This document shows, in pieces, positions 20,401-29,373 of a stretch of 64,000 bases of DNA. The translations under genes were made by a program, and so were the position numbers. The notes below the pieces were generated by a model. The model was given only the letters and a program-made list of their open reading frames with translations. It was not told the origin of the DNA and did no database searches. The stretch is from an uncultured Rickettsiales bacterium (GTDB lineage Bacteria; Myxococcota_A; UBA796; UBA9615). Positions within the stretch are counted from its first letter, which is position 1. Each line of letters starts with the position of its first letter. The stretch lies in contig CAYQEG010000013.1 in NCBI GenBank assembly GCA_964416435.1, forward strand, positions 1,924 through 65,923. Direction: 5' to 3'.

Positions 20401-21185
20401 GGATCGTCGTCTGCCTGCGATTCGGCCTGGACGTCGCCGAGCTGCGGCCGGATCCGACGACCGGAGGGCCGCGCCTGGACCGCCCGCCCTGGCGGATCGA
20501 CCCCTTCTCCCGCAACGCGCTCGAGGCGGCGGCGCAGCTGCGTGAGGCGAACGGGGGCGAAGTGGTGGTCCTCTCCGTGGTGCCCGGGGAGCCCCCTCGG
20601 CGGCTGGTCCTCGAGGCGCTGGCGTCCGGCGCCGACGCCGCGCACCTCGTCGTCGACCCCACCGCGGAGCAGGCGGACGCGCTGGGGCTGTGCGGCGTGC
20701 TCGCGGCCGCGCTCGCGGAGCTGCAGCCCTGGTCCCTGCTGCTGTGCGGAGACGCGGCGGCCGATCGGTACGAGCGCCAGGTGGGGCCTCGGCTGGCCGA
20801 GGCCCTGGGGCTGCCGGCCGTGACGCGCGCCGTCGCATTGGAGGTCGCGGGCGACCGGCTCGTGGCCGAGCGCTCCCTCGACGACCGGGTGGAGGTGGTG
20901 GACGCCCCGCTGCCGGCCGTGGTGACGGTCACGCAGGAGAGCAACGAGGTGCGCATCGCGCCGCTGCTGCAGGTGATGGCCGCCTCGGCCAGGCCCGTCC
21001 GGGTGACCGCGGCCTCCGAACTGGCCGGAGCTCCGAGCGCGGGGGCGGCGACGGGGAGCGCGAGGCTTGGGCTGCGGGCCCCCCCGAGCCGTCGCAAGCG
21101 GATCCGGGTGCAGGCCGCCACCGACCGCGACGCGGCCGATCTCCTGGCGCGACACCTCGCCGCCGAAGGCGTGCTGAGGCCATGA
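20397..21185 (+). CDS. etfB: Electron transfer flavoprotein beta subunit
   Basis: RIVVCLR, NALEAAAQLRE, ALASGAD, QVGPRLAEALGLP, LPAVVTV...NEVR. Confidence 0.88.
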   Translation: MRIVVCLRFGLDVAELRPDPTTGGPRLDRPPWRIDPFSRNALEAAAQLREANGGEVVVLSVVPGEPPRRLVLEALASGADAAHLVVDPTAEQADALGLCGVLAAALAELQPWSLLLCGDAAADRYERQVGPRLAEALGLPAVTRAVALEVAGDRLVAERSLDDRVEVVDAPLPAVVTVTQESNEVRIAPLLQVMAASARPVRVTAASELAGAPSAGAATGSARLGLRAPPSRRKRIRVQAATDRDAADLLARHLAAEGVLRP

Positions 21186-22222
21186 CCGGAGGGACCATCC
21201 TGGTGGCGTCCGAGCGGCGGCGCCTGCTGGCGGAGTTGTTGACCGGCGCGCGGCAGCTGACCGGTCCGGCGGGGCCAGGCACCGTCGTCGCGGTCGGCCT
21301 GGGAGCCTCCGAGGGGCTCGAGGAGCTGCTCGCTCGAGGGGCGGACCGGGTGCTCGTCGGCCCGGCGGGTGGCCGGGGGGACGTAGCGGCGGGGGTCGCC
21401 CTGCTGGAGCGGGCGATGGCGTCGACGAACCCGACCGTGGCGTTGGTCGGGTCGACCCCGCTGGGCTCGGAGGTGGCGGCTCGGCTGGCCCAGCGCCTGG
21501 GGCTGCCCTTGGCCACCGACGCGACCCGCCTGGAGCGCACCGATGCGGTGCTCCACACCGAGCGACGGTGCCTCGGTCGTTTCCTCGCCAGCGAGGCCAT
21601 CACGGCGGTGCCCGCCCTGGTGACGGTGCGACCGGGGGTCTTCGAGGGCGCGGCGGCGGACCGTCCGGAGGGGCGGCCGGGCGCGATCGAGCTCGTCCCT
21701 GGCGAGGCGCCGCCGCCGTGGGTCCGGGTGCTCTCGACCCGCCCTCGGCCGAGCGGCGGAGCGGAGCTGGAGGGGGCACGGGTCATCGTCTCGGTCGGGC
21801 GCGGCCTCGAGGGGCCGGACGACCTCCCGCTGATCGACGCGCTCGCGCGGGCGCTGGGCGGGGTCGTCGGGGGCTCGCGGCCCGTCACGGAGCACCTCGG
21901 CTGGCTCCCCCTGGACGCCAAGGTCGGCCTCTCCGGCAAGACGGTCCGCCCGGACCTGTACGTCGCCTGTGGGATCTCCGGACAGATCGAGCACGTGGTG
22001 GGGATGCGGGACTCCCGGGTCGTCGTGGCGATCAACCGGGATCCCGACGCGCCGATCTTCGAGGAGGCGGACTACGGCGTCGTCGCAGACCTGTACCGCC
22101 TGGTGCCCGAGCTGACGGCGGCGTTGGAGCGCAGGGCGCAGGTTGACCTCGATCAAGCCCGCGAGGGGGCTGACGTCATGGCCGACGCAACCCTCGGCCG
22201 GTCATCAATGGAGGCCCCGTGA
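21182..22222 (+). CDS. etfA: Electron transfer flavoprotein alpha subunit
   Basis: ARVIVSVGRG, GGSRPV, VGLSGKTVRPDLYVACGISGQIEHVVGM, AINRDPDAPIFEEADYGVVADL. Confidence 0.92.
   Translation: MTGGTILVASERRRLLAELLTGARQLTGPAGPGTVVAVGLGASEGLEELLARGADRVLVGPAGGRGDVAAGVALLERAMASTNPTVALVGSTPLGSEVAARLAQRLGLPLATDATRLERTDAVLHTERRCLGRFLASEAITAVPALVTVRPGVFEGAAADRPEGRPGAIELVPGEAPPPWVRVLSTRPRPSGGAELEGARVIVSVGRGLEGPDDLPLIDALARALGGVVGGSRPVTEHLGWLPLDAKVGLSGKTVRPDLYVACGISGQIEHVVGMRDSRVVVAINRDPDAPIFEEADYGVVADLYRLVPELTAALERRAQVDLDQAREGADVMADATLGRSSMEAP
22143..22156. promoter_or_regulatory. FNR-type binding site TTGAC-N4-ATCAA upstream of the Crp/Fnr gene
   Basis: 9/10 match to the FNR consensus TTGAT-N4-ATCAA, about 60 bp before the regulator start, inside the etfA 3' tail. 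Confidence 0.7.
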
Positions 22223-22962
22223 GCCCACGAACCCCCGACGACGACCGCCCCGCCGAGCTTCCGGCCGGACGCAAGCCCCGCACCGCGGACTGTGCCCGCT
22301 GCGAGATCCTGATCGGTCTGCGCAAGTCGGGGCTGCCCGCGTCGAGGACCGCGGCGCTGTGCGAACGCTTCTGGCTGACCCGGGCGAGGCGTCGGCAGCT
22401 GCTGTTCCTGGAGCGCAACCGCGCGACGCACGTCTTCGCGTTGCGGCGCGGGCGCGTCAAGCTCACCAAGCACGACTCCGCCGGCAACGAGCACATCGTC
22501 ACGGTGCTGGAGACCGGAGCGCTGTTCGGCCTGGACGCGATGTTCGATGGCGAGCACGGGACCTCGGCGGAGGTGCTGTCGGAGCACGCCGAGATCTGCG
22601 TCGGAGCTCGACCCCAGATCGAGGCCCTCATCGCCGCCGCGCCGGGGTTCGGGGCGGCCCTGACCCGGTACGTCTTGCGGCAGCTGGACGACGCCCGCTC
22701 GCGGCAGGCCTGCCTCGGCACGGTGGGGGCGAAGGCGCGCTTCGCGGCGTGGCTCCTGCACGAGGCCGGGCGCGGAGGCGACGGCGCCGACACGGTGCCC
22801 CACGATCTGACGCTGGCGGAGTACGGCGCGATGTTGGGCACGTCGGCGGAGACGGTCTGTCGCGTGCTCGGCGACCTGCGCAGCCGGGGGCTCGTCGCCG
22901 TCGAGGACGCCCGAATCCGGATCCTCGAGCCGAGCCGATTGCGGCGAATCGCGAGGATCTGA
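22219..22962 (+). CDS. Crp/Fnr family transcriptional regulator (Cys-containing, FNR-like)
   Basis: N-terminal CARC..C, cNMP-like beta-roll (GRVKL...GALFG), central Cys, HTH LGTSAETVCRVL. Confidence 0.88.
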   Translation: MSPRTPDDDRPAELPAGRKPRTADCARCEILIGLRKSGLPASRTAALCERFWLTRARRRQLLFLERNRATHVFALRRGRVKLTKHDSAGNEHIVTVLETGALFGLDAMFDGEHGTSAEVLSEHAEICVGARPQIEALIAAAPGFGAALTRYVLRQLDDARSRQACLGTVGAKARFAAWLLHEAGRGGDGADTVPHDLTLAEYGAMLGTSAETVCRVLGDLRSRGLVAVEDARIRILEPSRLRRIARI

Positions 22963-22998
22963 GTCCGCCCCGGCCGACGCTTCTGATAGAACGCCGCC

Positions 22999-23604
22999 GT
23001 GCTTCATACCCCTCAAGGAACCGGCTGGATCGAGGTCATCACGGGCTGCATGTTCAGCGGCAAGACGGAGGAGCTGATCCGCCGCCTCGTCCGCGCGCGC
23101 TACGCCCGCCAGGAGGTGGTGATCTTCAAGCCCCGCATCGACACGCGGTACTCCAGCGAGGAGATCGTCTCCCACAGCAAGATGTCGCTGAAGGCCCGCC
23201 GGGTGGAGAAGTCCGAGGAGATCTGGAAGCACGGCGCCGGCGTGAAGGTCGTCGGCATCGACGAGGCCCAGTTCTTCGGTCCGGACGTCGTGCCGGTGGT
23301 CGAGTCCCTCGCCAACAGCGGCACCCGGGTGCTCGTCGCGGGGCTGGACCAGGACTTCCGGGGTCAGCCCTTCGAGCCCATCCCGACGCTCATGGCGCTG
23401 GCCGAGTTCGTCACCAAGCAGCACGCCATCTGCATGAAGTGCGGCAACCCGGCCGACCGCAGCCAGCGGCTCGTCAACCGGGCCGAGCGCGTGCTCCTGG
23501 GTGAGTCCGAGGCGTACGAGGCGCGGTGCCGACGGTGCTTCTCGCCGGACCTGCCGGGCGAGATCCAGCAGAACCTGCTGCACCGCCCGGGCGACGATCT
23601 GTAG
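22999..23604 (+). CDS. tdk: Thymidine kinase
   Basis: GCMFSGKTEEL, KPRIDTRY, IDEAQFF, AGLDQDFRGQPF, Zn motifs CMKC and RCRRC. Confidence 0.96.
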   Translation: MLHTPQGTGWIEVITGCMFSGKTEELIRRLVRARYARQEVVIFKPRIDTRYSSEEIVSHSKMSLKARRVEKSEEIWKHGAGVKVVGIDEAQFFGPDVVPVVESLANSGTRVLVAGLDQDFRGQPFEPIPTLMALAEFVTKQHAICMKCGNPADRSQRLVNRAERVLLGESEAYEARCRRCFSPDLPGEIQQNLLHRPGDDL

Positions 23605-23637
23605 GGGCGGCCGCCCGAGCGACCCTGTGACCGACCT

Positions 23638-24768
23638 CTAGGGGAGTCGGAAGCGCGCCCGGTGGGCGTTGCGCCAGCTCAGCCACGCCGTCGGGCCGTC
23701 GCGATCGATGGACCGGAACTGCGCGAAGTCGGCGAAGTAGTCGGCCGGCAGCGGCTTGTCCGCCCACGGGTTGTGCAGCACGCGCAGCGAGAAGACGACC
23801 TTGTCGCGCTCCCACTCCTTGTCCGCGAGCACCAGGGCCGAGAGCCGCTGGTACTTCTCCAGGCTGAACACCCCGTACTTGCTCGACGTCTGCGTCATCG
23901 CCTTGAGGCGCTCGCTGCGGCCGCCGTGGGTCGTCCAGTTGAAGTTGTAGTCCGGCTTCCCGTACAGGAAGTCCTGCAGGAACATCTCCGGCAGGGACCA
24001 GTCCTCGTTGCTGAACACCGTCGCGACGAGGGGCTTGTCCTTCATCGCCTCGTTCTCGTCCGCCGTCTCGAGCAGCTTGTCCGCCAGCACGACGACCTGG
24101 TCGAGGACCTCGGGCGCGCGCAGCGGAGAGATCCGGAAGCGCACGAGGTTGCGCCGGTCCTCGTTCAGCTTGTCGAGGATCGAGAACTCGAGGTGGATGT
24201 TGTCGTCCCGGTACTCGGCGTACTTGCCGTGCCAGGAGCCGTCGTCGAGGCTGTCGAGCCAGACCTCCAGCGCCCGCTTGATCGGGCGGGGGTCGAAGTC
24301 GTAGGGCAGCCACCGCTTCAGGTAGACGCTGAAGTAGTAGTGGTGGTGGATCTGGTTCAGCTCGCGGACCAGGTGCCGGTAGACGCTCATCGAACCGCGG
24401 ATCTGAACTTCGGGCAGGTACGCGAGCACGCCGAGGCCGAACTCGTCCTCCCCCTCCCCCGTCACCGCGGTCATCCAGCCGCCGGGCTTGCCGGAGTAGT
24501 CCCGCACGCGGATGTCGTGGTACCGCAGGATTTCGTGCACCGCGAGCTCGCCGAAGGCCTGGAAGAACTCGTCGTTCTCGAGGGACTTGAGCCGGGGCTC
24601 GAAGGCCTCCTTGCCTCCGTCGGCGAGGTTGGCCCACCAGTCCTCGATCTGCGTGCGGAACGCGACGATCGCCGGCTCCTCCCGGGTCAGGAGGGAGACC
24701 AGGAAGCTGGGATGCGGACGCGGGAGCCCGGCCATCTCCTGCCGGAGCTCGTTGTTGAACAGGGTCAA
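23638..24768 (-). CDS. Hypothetical cytoplasmic protein
   Basis: 376-aa ORF with strong GC3 bias, TATACT -10 element and GGAG RBS upstream. No clear family. Confidence 0.75.
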   Translation of the reverse strand: MTLFNNELRQEMAGLPRPHPSFLVSLLTREEPAIVAFRTQIEDWWANLADGGKEAFEPRLKSLENDEFFQAFGELAVHEILRYHDIRVRDYSGKPGGWMTAVTGEGEDEFGLGVLAYLPEVQIRGSMSVYRHLVRELNQIHHHYYFSVYLKRWLPYDFDPRPIKRALEVWLDSLDDGSWHGKYAEYRDDNIHLEFSILDKLNEDRRNLVRFRISPLRAPEVLDQVVVLADKLLETADENEAMKDKPLVATVFSNEDWSLPEMFLQDFLYGKPDYNFNWTTHGGRSERLKAMTQTSSKYGVFSLEKYQRLSALVLADKEWERDKVVFSLRVLHNPWADKPLPADYFADFAQFRSIDRDGPTAWLSWRNAHRARFRLP

Positions 24769-24879
24769 GGGCGGCGCTCCAGTCGACGGCGGTCGCGTGA
24801 GTATACGGGCCCGAGCGACGCCGACGCAAAAGGGCGGCGCATTGGCATCGATCCGAATTGTCGCGCTATCGTCCCGTAC

Positions 24880-25287
24880 ATGCCGACGATTCGCCTTTCA
24901 CTGCTCCTGCTGTCGACCCTGTTCCTGCTCGTGGCCTGCGAGACGGAGCCGACCGTCGACCCCGACGACCTCGACGACGAAGAGGTCGACACCCCCACCT
25001 GGACCGAAGACGTCCAGCCGATCCTGACCGCGTACTGCGGCGGCTGCCACGAGGGCGACGCCCTGGGCAGCGGCGGCATCGGCTGGCTCAACAGCTACGA
25101 GAACGTCACCACCGACGCCTTCGCCGGCGTCTGTGACGGCGCCACCCGCGCCGAGTGCATCCCGGTCCGCCTGCTCGACGGCTCGATGCCCGACGGCAAC
25201 CCCTGCCCCCCGGGCGAGGAGGGCTGCATCACCGACAACCAGTTCGCCACGGTCGAGAACTGGGTCGACGGAGGCATGCCCGAGTAA
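24880..25287 (+). CDS. Monoheme cytochrome c lipoprotein
   Basis: Lipobox LVAC, PTWTEDVQPIL..YCGGCH, distal GSMP, ENWVDGG. Confidence 0.8.
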   Translation: MPTIRLSLLLLSTLFLLVACETEPTVDPDDLDDEEVDTPTWTEDVQPILTAYCGGCHEGDALGSGGIGWLNSYENVTTDAFAGVCDGATRAECIPVRLLDGSMPDGNPCPPGEEGCITDNQFATVENWVDGGMPE

Positions 25288-25328
25288 AGCGCTCGCCTCG
25301 CGCGCGAGGGCTCTACAATGCCCAACGC

Positions 25329-26033
25329 ATGAAGCCCGAGGACCTCGCGCGGAGCCTGCTCGACGCCTTCGACGAAGGCATCTTCCAGTCCGCGTATCGC
25401 ATGGGTTCGGTGGACGTCTCCACCGTGCTCGCCGATCTGTCGCGCCGCGGCGCGCGGGTAGGAGCGCTGGAGGAGGTCGCCGCCCTGCCCACCGAGCAGA
25501 TCGATCCACTGGTCGACATGTACGTGCGCAAGGCGCGACGCCAGGCCGCGGTCTCGGGCATCTCCCTGGGCGCCGGGGGATGGATCGGGCTGCCCGGGGG
25601 GTTGGGACACCTGGTGCTCCTCATCGTGCGACTGGCGCAGCGGATCTCCGTGGCCTACGGCTTCGACTACCGGACCGACCGGGGTGAGATCGAGCTGTGG
25701 AAGGCGCTCGCCTCGGCCACCGGCGCCGAGCTCGACTGGGAGGGCACAGAAGCGGAGCTGATGCGCCGCCTGCCCGTGGTCGTCACCGGCACCGGCACCT
25801 TCGCCAACCCCCTCCTCCTCAAGGCGTTCCAGGCCGTGGTGATCCGCGTGTCGGTCGCGGCCGGGCTCCGGGTCACCCGCTGGGTCCCCGTGGTCGGCGG
25901 CGGCAGCGGCCTCGTCCTCAACTGGCTGCAGGTCGACGCGATCGGACGCCAGCTCAAGCAGACGTGGCGGAACCGCCACGGCATCGCCGGCTTCGACCCG
26001 TCCGGCGCCGTGGAGGTCGAGATCCTCCGCTGA
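25329..26033 (+). CDS. EcsC-family-like protein
   Basis: GISLGAGGWIGLP, RISVAYGFD, RWVPVVGGGSG motifs. Confidence 0.7.
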   Translation: MKPEDLARSLLDAFDEGIFQSAYRMGSVDVSTVLADLSRRGARVGALEEVAALPTEQIDPLVDMYVRKARRQAAVSGISLGAGGWIGLPGGLGHLVLLIVRLAQRISVAYGFDYRTDRGEIELWKALASATGAELDWEGTEAELMRRLPVVVTGTGTFANPLLLKAFQAVVIRVSVAAGLRVTRWVPVVGGGSGLVLNWLQVDAIGRQLKQTWRNRHGIAGFDPSGAVEVEILR

Positions 26034-26072
26034 ACCCCTGATAGGCTCCCGCTGCGCTGATCCGGAGATCGC

Positions 26073-26789
26073 ATGCTGCCGCTGCTCGTCGTCCCCGCCC
26101 AATCCCAGACGATCACGACCCTCATCACCCACGCCGATCCGGTGGTGCAGCTGGTGATGATCGTGCTCGTCGTGATGTCGATCGTCTCCTGGGCGATCAT
26201 CGTCCAGCGCTGGTTCGCGCTCCGCCGCGCCACGAAGCAATCGGTCGCGTTCCTCGACAAGTTCTGGAACACCGCGTCGCTGGAGGAGGCCCAGGTCAGC
26301 GCCCGGCAGTACCCCGACTCCCCCGTCGCCACCGCGTTCGTCGCCGGATACAAGGAGCTGCTCCGCCTCAACGAGGTGGAGGCCCAGGCGGGCGGCGGAC
26401 CGCTCGGGGGCGGCGCCGAGAACGTCGGCCGCGCCCTGCGCAAGTCCAGCTCCGAGGGGCTGACCCGGCTGGAGCGCTCCATCCCGTTCCTGGCCTCCTG
26501 CGGCTCGGCCGCCCCGTTCATCGGCCTGTTCGGCACCGTGTGGGGCATCCTCCGGGCGTTCCAGGAGATCGGCGCGACGGGCACCACCTCCATCGCGGAG
26601 GTCGGCCCCTACATCGCCGAAGCGCTCATCGCGACGGCGGTCGGCCTGTTCGCGGCCATCCCCGCGGTGCTCTTCTTCAACTACTTCGCGACCCGACTCA
26701 AGGTCATCGCGTCGGAGCTGAACCACTTCTCGTACGACTTCCTCAACCTCGTCGAGCGGCACGAGCGCTCCCGCGGGGCTCGGAGGTAG
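26073..26789 (+). CDS. tolQ: TolQ (MotA/TolQ/ExbB)
   Basis: APFIGLFGTVWGI, IAEALIATAVGLFAAIPAV. Confidence 0.93.
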   Translation: MLPLLVVPAQSQTITTLITHADPVVQLVMIVLVVMSIVSWAIIVQRWFALRRATKQSVAFLDKFWNTASLEEAQVSARQYPDSPVATAFVAGYKELLRLNEVEAQAGGGPLGGGAENVGRALRKSSSEGLTRLERSIPFLASCGSAAPFIGLFGTVWGILRAFQEIGATGTTSIAEVGPYIAEALIATAVGLFAAIPAVLFFNYFATRLKVIASELNHFSYDFLNLVERHERSRGARR

Positions 26790-26793
26790 CGCC

Positions 26794-27255
26794 GTGGGCA
26801 TGTCCACCGGCGGCGGGGATCCGCTGGGCGCCGAGCCGGGCGTCCAGACCGTCCTGTCGGAGATCAACGTCACGCCGTTCGTCGACGTGATGCTGGTGCT
26901 GCTCGTCATCTTCATGATCACGGCGCCGCTGCTCACCCAGGGGGTGGAGGTGAACCTCCCGCGGGTCTCCGCCGCGAACCTGGAACAGATGGACGAGCAG
27001 CCTGTCGTACTCACCGTGGACGCAGACGGCGGTTGTTTCATCCTCGAGTCGCAGTTCCCGTGCGCGGAGCTGGCGGACAAGCTGCCCGCCATCTACGCCA
27101 ACCGGACCGACCAGAGCCTGTACATCCGCGGCGACGTGGACACCCCCTACGGCCACCTGATGCAGGTGCTCGCCGCCGGACGGGCGGCCGGGATCATCAG
27201 CGTCGGGCTCGTCACCGAGCCGCCGGCCCTGGGCGAAGAGGACGAAGGCGGGTGA
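26794..27255 (+). CDS. tolR: TolR (ExbD/TolR)
   Basis: EINVTPFVDVMLVLLVIFMITAP, IRGD..TPYG. Confidence 0.93.
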   Translation: MGMSTGGGDPLGAEPGVQTVLSEINVTPFVDVMLVLLVIFMITAPLLTQGVEVNLPRVSAANLEQMDEQPVVLTVDADGGCFILESQFPCAELADKLPAIYANRTDQSLYIRGDVDTPYGHLMQVLAAGRAAGIISVGLVTEPPALGEEDEGG

Positions 27256-28058
27256 GCGACCGCTACCGCGGCATCCTGCGCGATCCCGGGAGGGGCTTCC
27301 TGGCCGGACTCCCCTTCTCGTTCGGTCTACACGGATGCATGGTCCTCATGATCCTGGTGCTCGGCTGGCTCGGCGGTCGAGACGAGCGGCCGCTCCTGGA
27401 CAAGGACATCTACATGGTGTCCACCGTCGTGCTGCCGAAGGCCGACGGGCTGCCCGACAAGGCGACCGCGCCGCCGCCGGAGGCGACCCCCGCCCCGGCC
27501 GTGGTCGAAGCGGAGGCCCGGCCCGACGAGATGGTCCTGAACGAGCCGAAGGAGGAGCCCACCCCCGAAGCGACGCCGGAGGCCACGCCGAAGCCGGAGC
27601 CGACCCCGGCGGCGCCGGAGCCCCGGCGACCCAGCCGGGAGGAGCTGCTCTCCCGAGTCGACGCCGACGAGTCCTCCACGACCCGGTTCGCGACCGATCC
27701 CGACGGCGAGGAGGGGGCGGCCCCGACGGACTTCGCCGCCGTCGACGGCGCCCGCCTCTCCCCCTACCTGCGCACCCTGTCCGACCGCATCAAGGACAAC
27801 TGGATCCCGGGCTCGCGGCGCGGCAAGTACGTCGTTGGGACCGGCAACATCGATATGTCGCTCAAAGCCGTTGTACAGTTCACAATCAACGACGCGGGCG
27901 CCTTCGGGGGGCCCAGGATCGTCCACCCCAGCGGAGACCCGATCTACGACCAGTCCTGCCTTCAAGCGGTGATCCGAACCCGGCGCTTCGAGACGCCGCC
28001 GGCCGACGAGAAGCGCAAGGTGCAGGTCCTGTTCGACCCGGCCGACAAGCAACGTTGA
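27252..28058 (+). CDS. tolA: TolA/TonB C-terminal domain protein
   Basis: TM with SxxLH, Pro/Glu linker, C-terminal RIKDNW...SGDPIYDQSCLQAV. Lies between tolR and tolB. Confidence 0.8.
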   Translation: MSDRYRGILRDPGRGFLAGLPFSFGLHGCMVLMILVLGWLGGRDERPLLDKDIYMVSTVVLPKADGLPDKATAPPPEATPAPAVVEAEARPDEMVLNEPKEEPTPEATPEATPKPEPTPAAPEPRRPSREELLSRVDADESSTTRFATDPDGEEGAAPTDFAAVDGARLSPYLRTLSDRIKDNWIPGSRRGKYVVGTGNIDMSLKAVVQFTINDAGAFGGPRIVHPSGDPIYDQSCLQAVIRTRRFETPPADEKRKVQVLFDPADKQR

Positions 28059-28062
28059 TCGC

Positions 28063-29373
28063 TTGAGAAACCTCCTCACCATCGTCGCTCTCCTCGCCCT
28101 GTTCGCGGTCCCCGCGAGCGCTGGGGACGAAGACGACACCGCCTACATCCGGATCCAGGGCGGGAGCACCGCGGCGTTCCCGCTCGCGCTGCCGTCGCTG
28201 AAGGTCGGCCCCGGCGGAGACGCCGAGATGGCCGCCACCATCCTCGAGGTGGTGCGCCGCGACCTGGACCTGTCCGGCTACTTCAACCTCATCGACGACA
28301 AGGCGTTCATCGAGACCGCCGACAAGGGCATCCGCCCCGGCGAGTTCGACTTCGCCGACTGGCGGGTCTCCGGCGCCGCCGGCCTGGTCAAGGCCGGCGT
28401 GACGGCCGAAGACAGCCGCGTCGACCTGGAGCTGCACGTCTACGACGTCGACGGCGGGGTGCAGACCCTCGGCCGCGTACTGACCGGGAACACGCGGGAC
28501 GTCCGGCTGCTCGCCCACCACATGAGCAACGCCATCGTCGAGGCGTTCACGGGCGAGCCGGGCGTGTTCGACACGCAGATCGTGGCGGTCGCCAACTTCG
28601 GCCAGGGCAAGGAGATCTACATCTTCGACTACGACGGGGAAGGCCGCCGAGGGGTCTCCCGCAACGGCTCGATCAACCTGTCGCCGGCGTGGTCGCCGGA
28701 CGGCTCGCGCATCACCTACACGTCCTACCGGGACAACAACCCGGACCTGTGGATGACCGACCTGCGCAACGGTCGGCACACCAAGCTGTCGGCGTTCCCG
28801 GGCATCAACGCGGGCGCCGAGTGGTCGCCCGACGGCAGCGAGATCGCGCTCACCCTGAGCAAGGACCAGGACAGCGAGGTCTACGCCCTGGACCCGAGCG
28901 GCTCGATCCTTAGGCGCCTGACCCGCGAGTGGGGCATCGACGTGAGCCCGACGTACTCGCCCGACGGCACGCGGATCGCCTTCGTCAGCGCCCGGCTGGG
29001 CACCCCCCAGATCTTCCTGATGGACCGGGACGGCAGCAACGTGCTGCGGCTGACCAAGCTGGGCGGACACAACGTCAGCCCGGCCTTCTCGCCCGACGGC
29101 AGCCGCGTGGCGTTCGCCGGCCGGGACGAGGGCCGCTTCGACATCTTCGTCATCAACGTCGACGGCTCCGGCCTGCGGCGGCTGACCCAGACCGAGGGCG
29201 ACGACGAGGACCCGACGTGGTCCCCCGACGGCAACCACATCCTGTTCAGCAGCTCCCGGGACGGGGGCGGCAAGCAGCTGTACATCATGACCGCCGACGG
29301 CAAGTCCCAGAGCCGCATCACCGGCGGCACGGGCTCGTACAGCAACCCCCAGTGGGGACCGGGGCGCCGGTAG
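28063..29373 (+). CDS. tolB: Tol-Pal beta-propeller protein TolB
   Basis: TolB N-domain (DLDLSGYF, TGEPGVFDTQI) plus repeated PxWSPDG (PD40) motifs. Confidence 0.93.
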   Translation: MRNLLTIVALLALFAVPASAGDEDDTAYIRIQGGSTAAFPLALPSLKVGPGGDAEMAATILEVVRRDLDLSGYFNLIDDKAFIETADKGIRPGEFDFADWRVSGAAGLVKAGVTAEDSRVDLELHVYDVDGGVQTLGRVLTGNTRDVRLLAHHMSNAIVEAFTGEPGVFDTQIVAVANFGQGKEIYIFDYDGEGRRGVSRNGSINLSPAWSPDGSRITYTSYRDNNPDLWMTDLRNGRHTKLSAFPGINAGAEWSPDGSEIALTLSKDQDSEVYALDPSGSILRRLTREWGIDVSPTYSPDGTRIAFVSARLGTPQIFLMDRDGSNVLRLTKLGGHNVSPAFSPDGSRVAFAGRDEGRFDIFVINVDGSGLRRLTQTEGDDEDPTWSPDGNHILFSSSRDGGGKQLYIMTADGKSQSRITGGTGSYSNPQWGPGRR

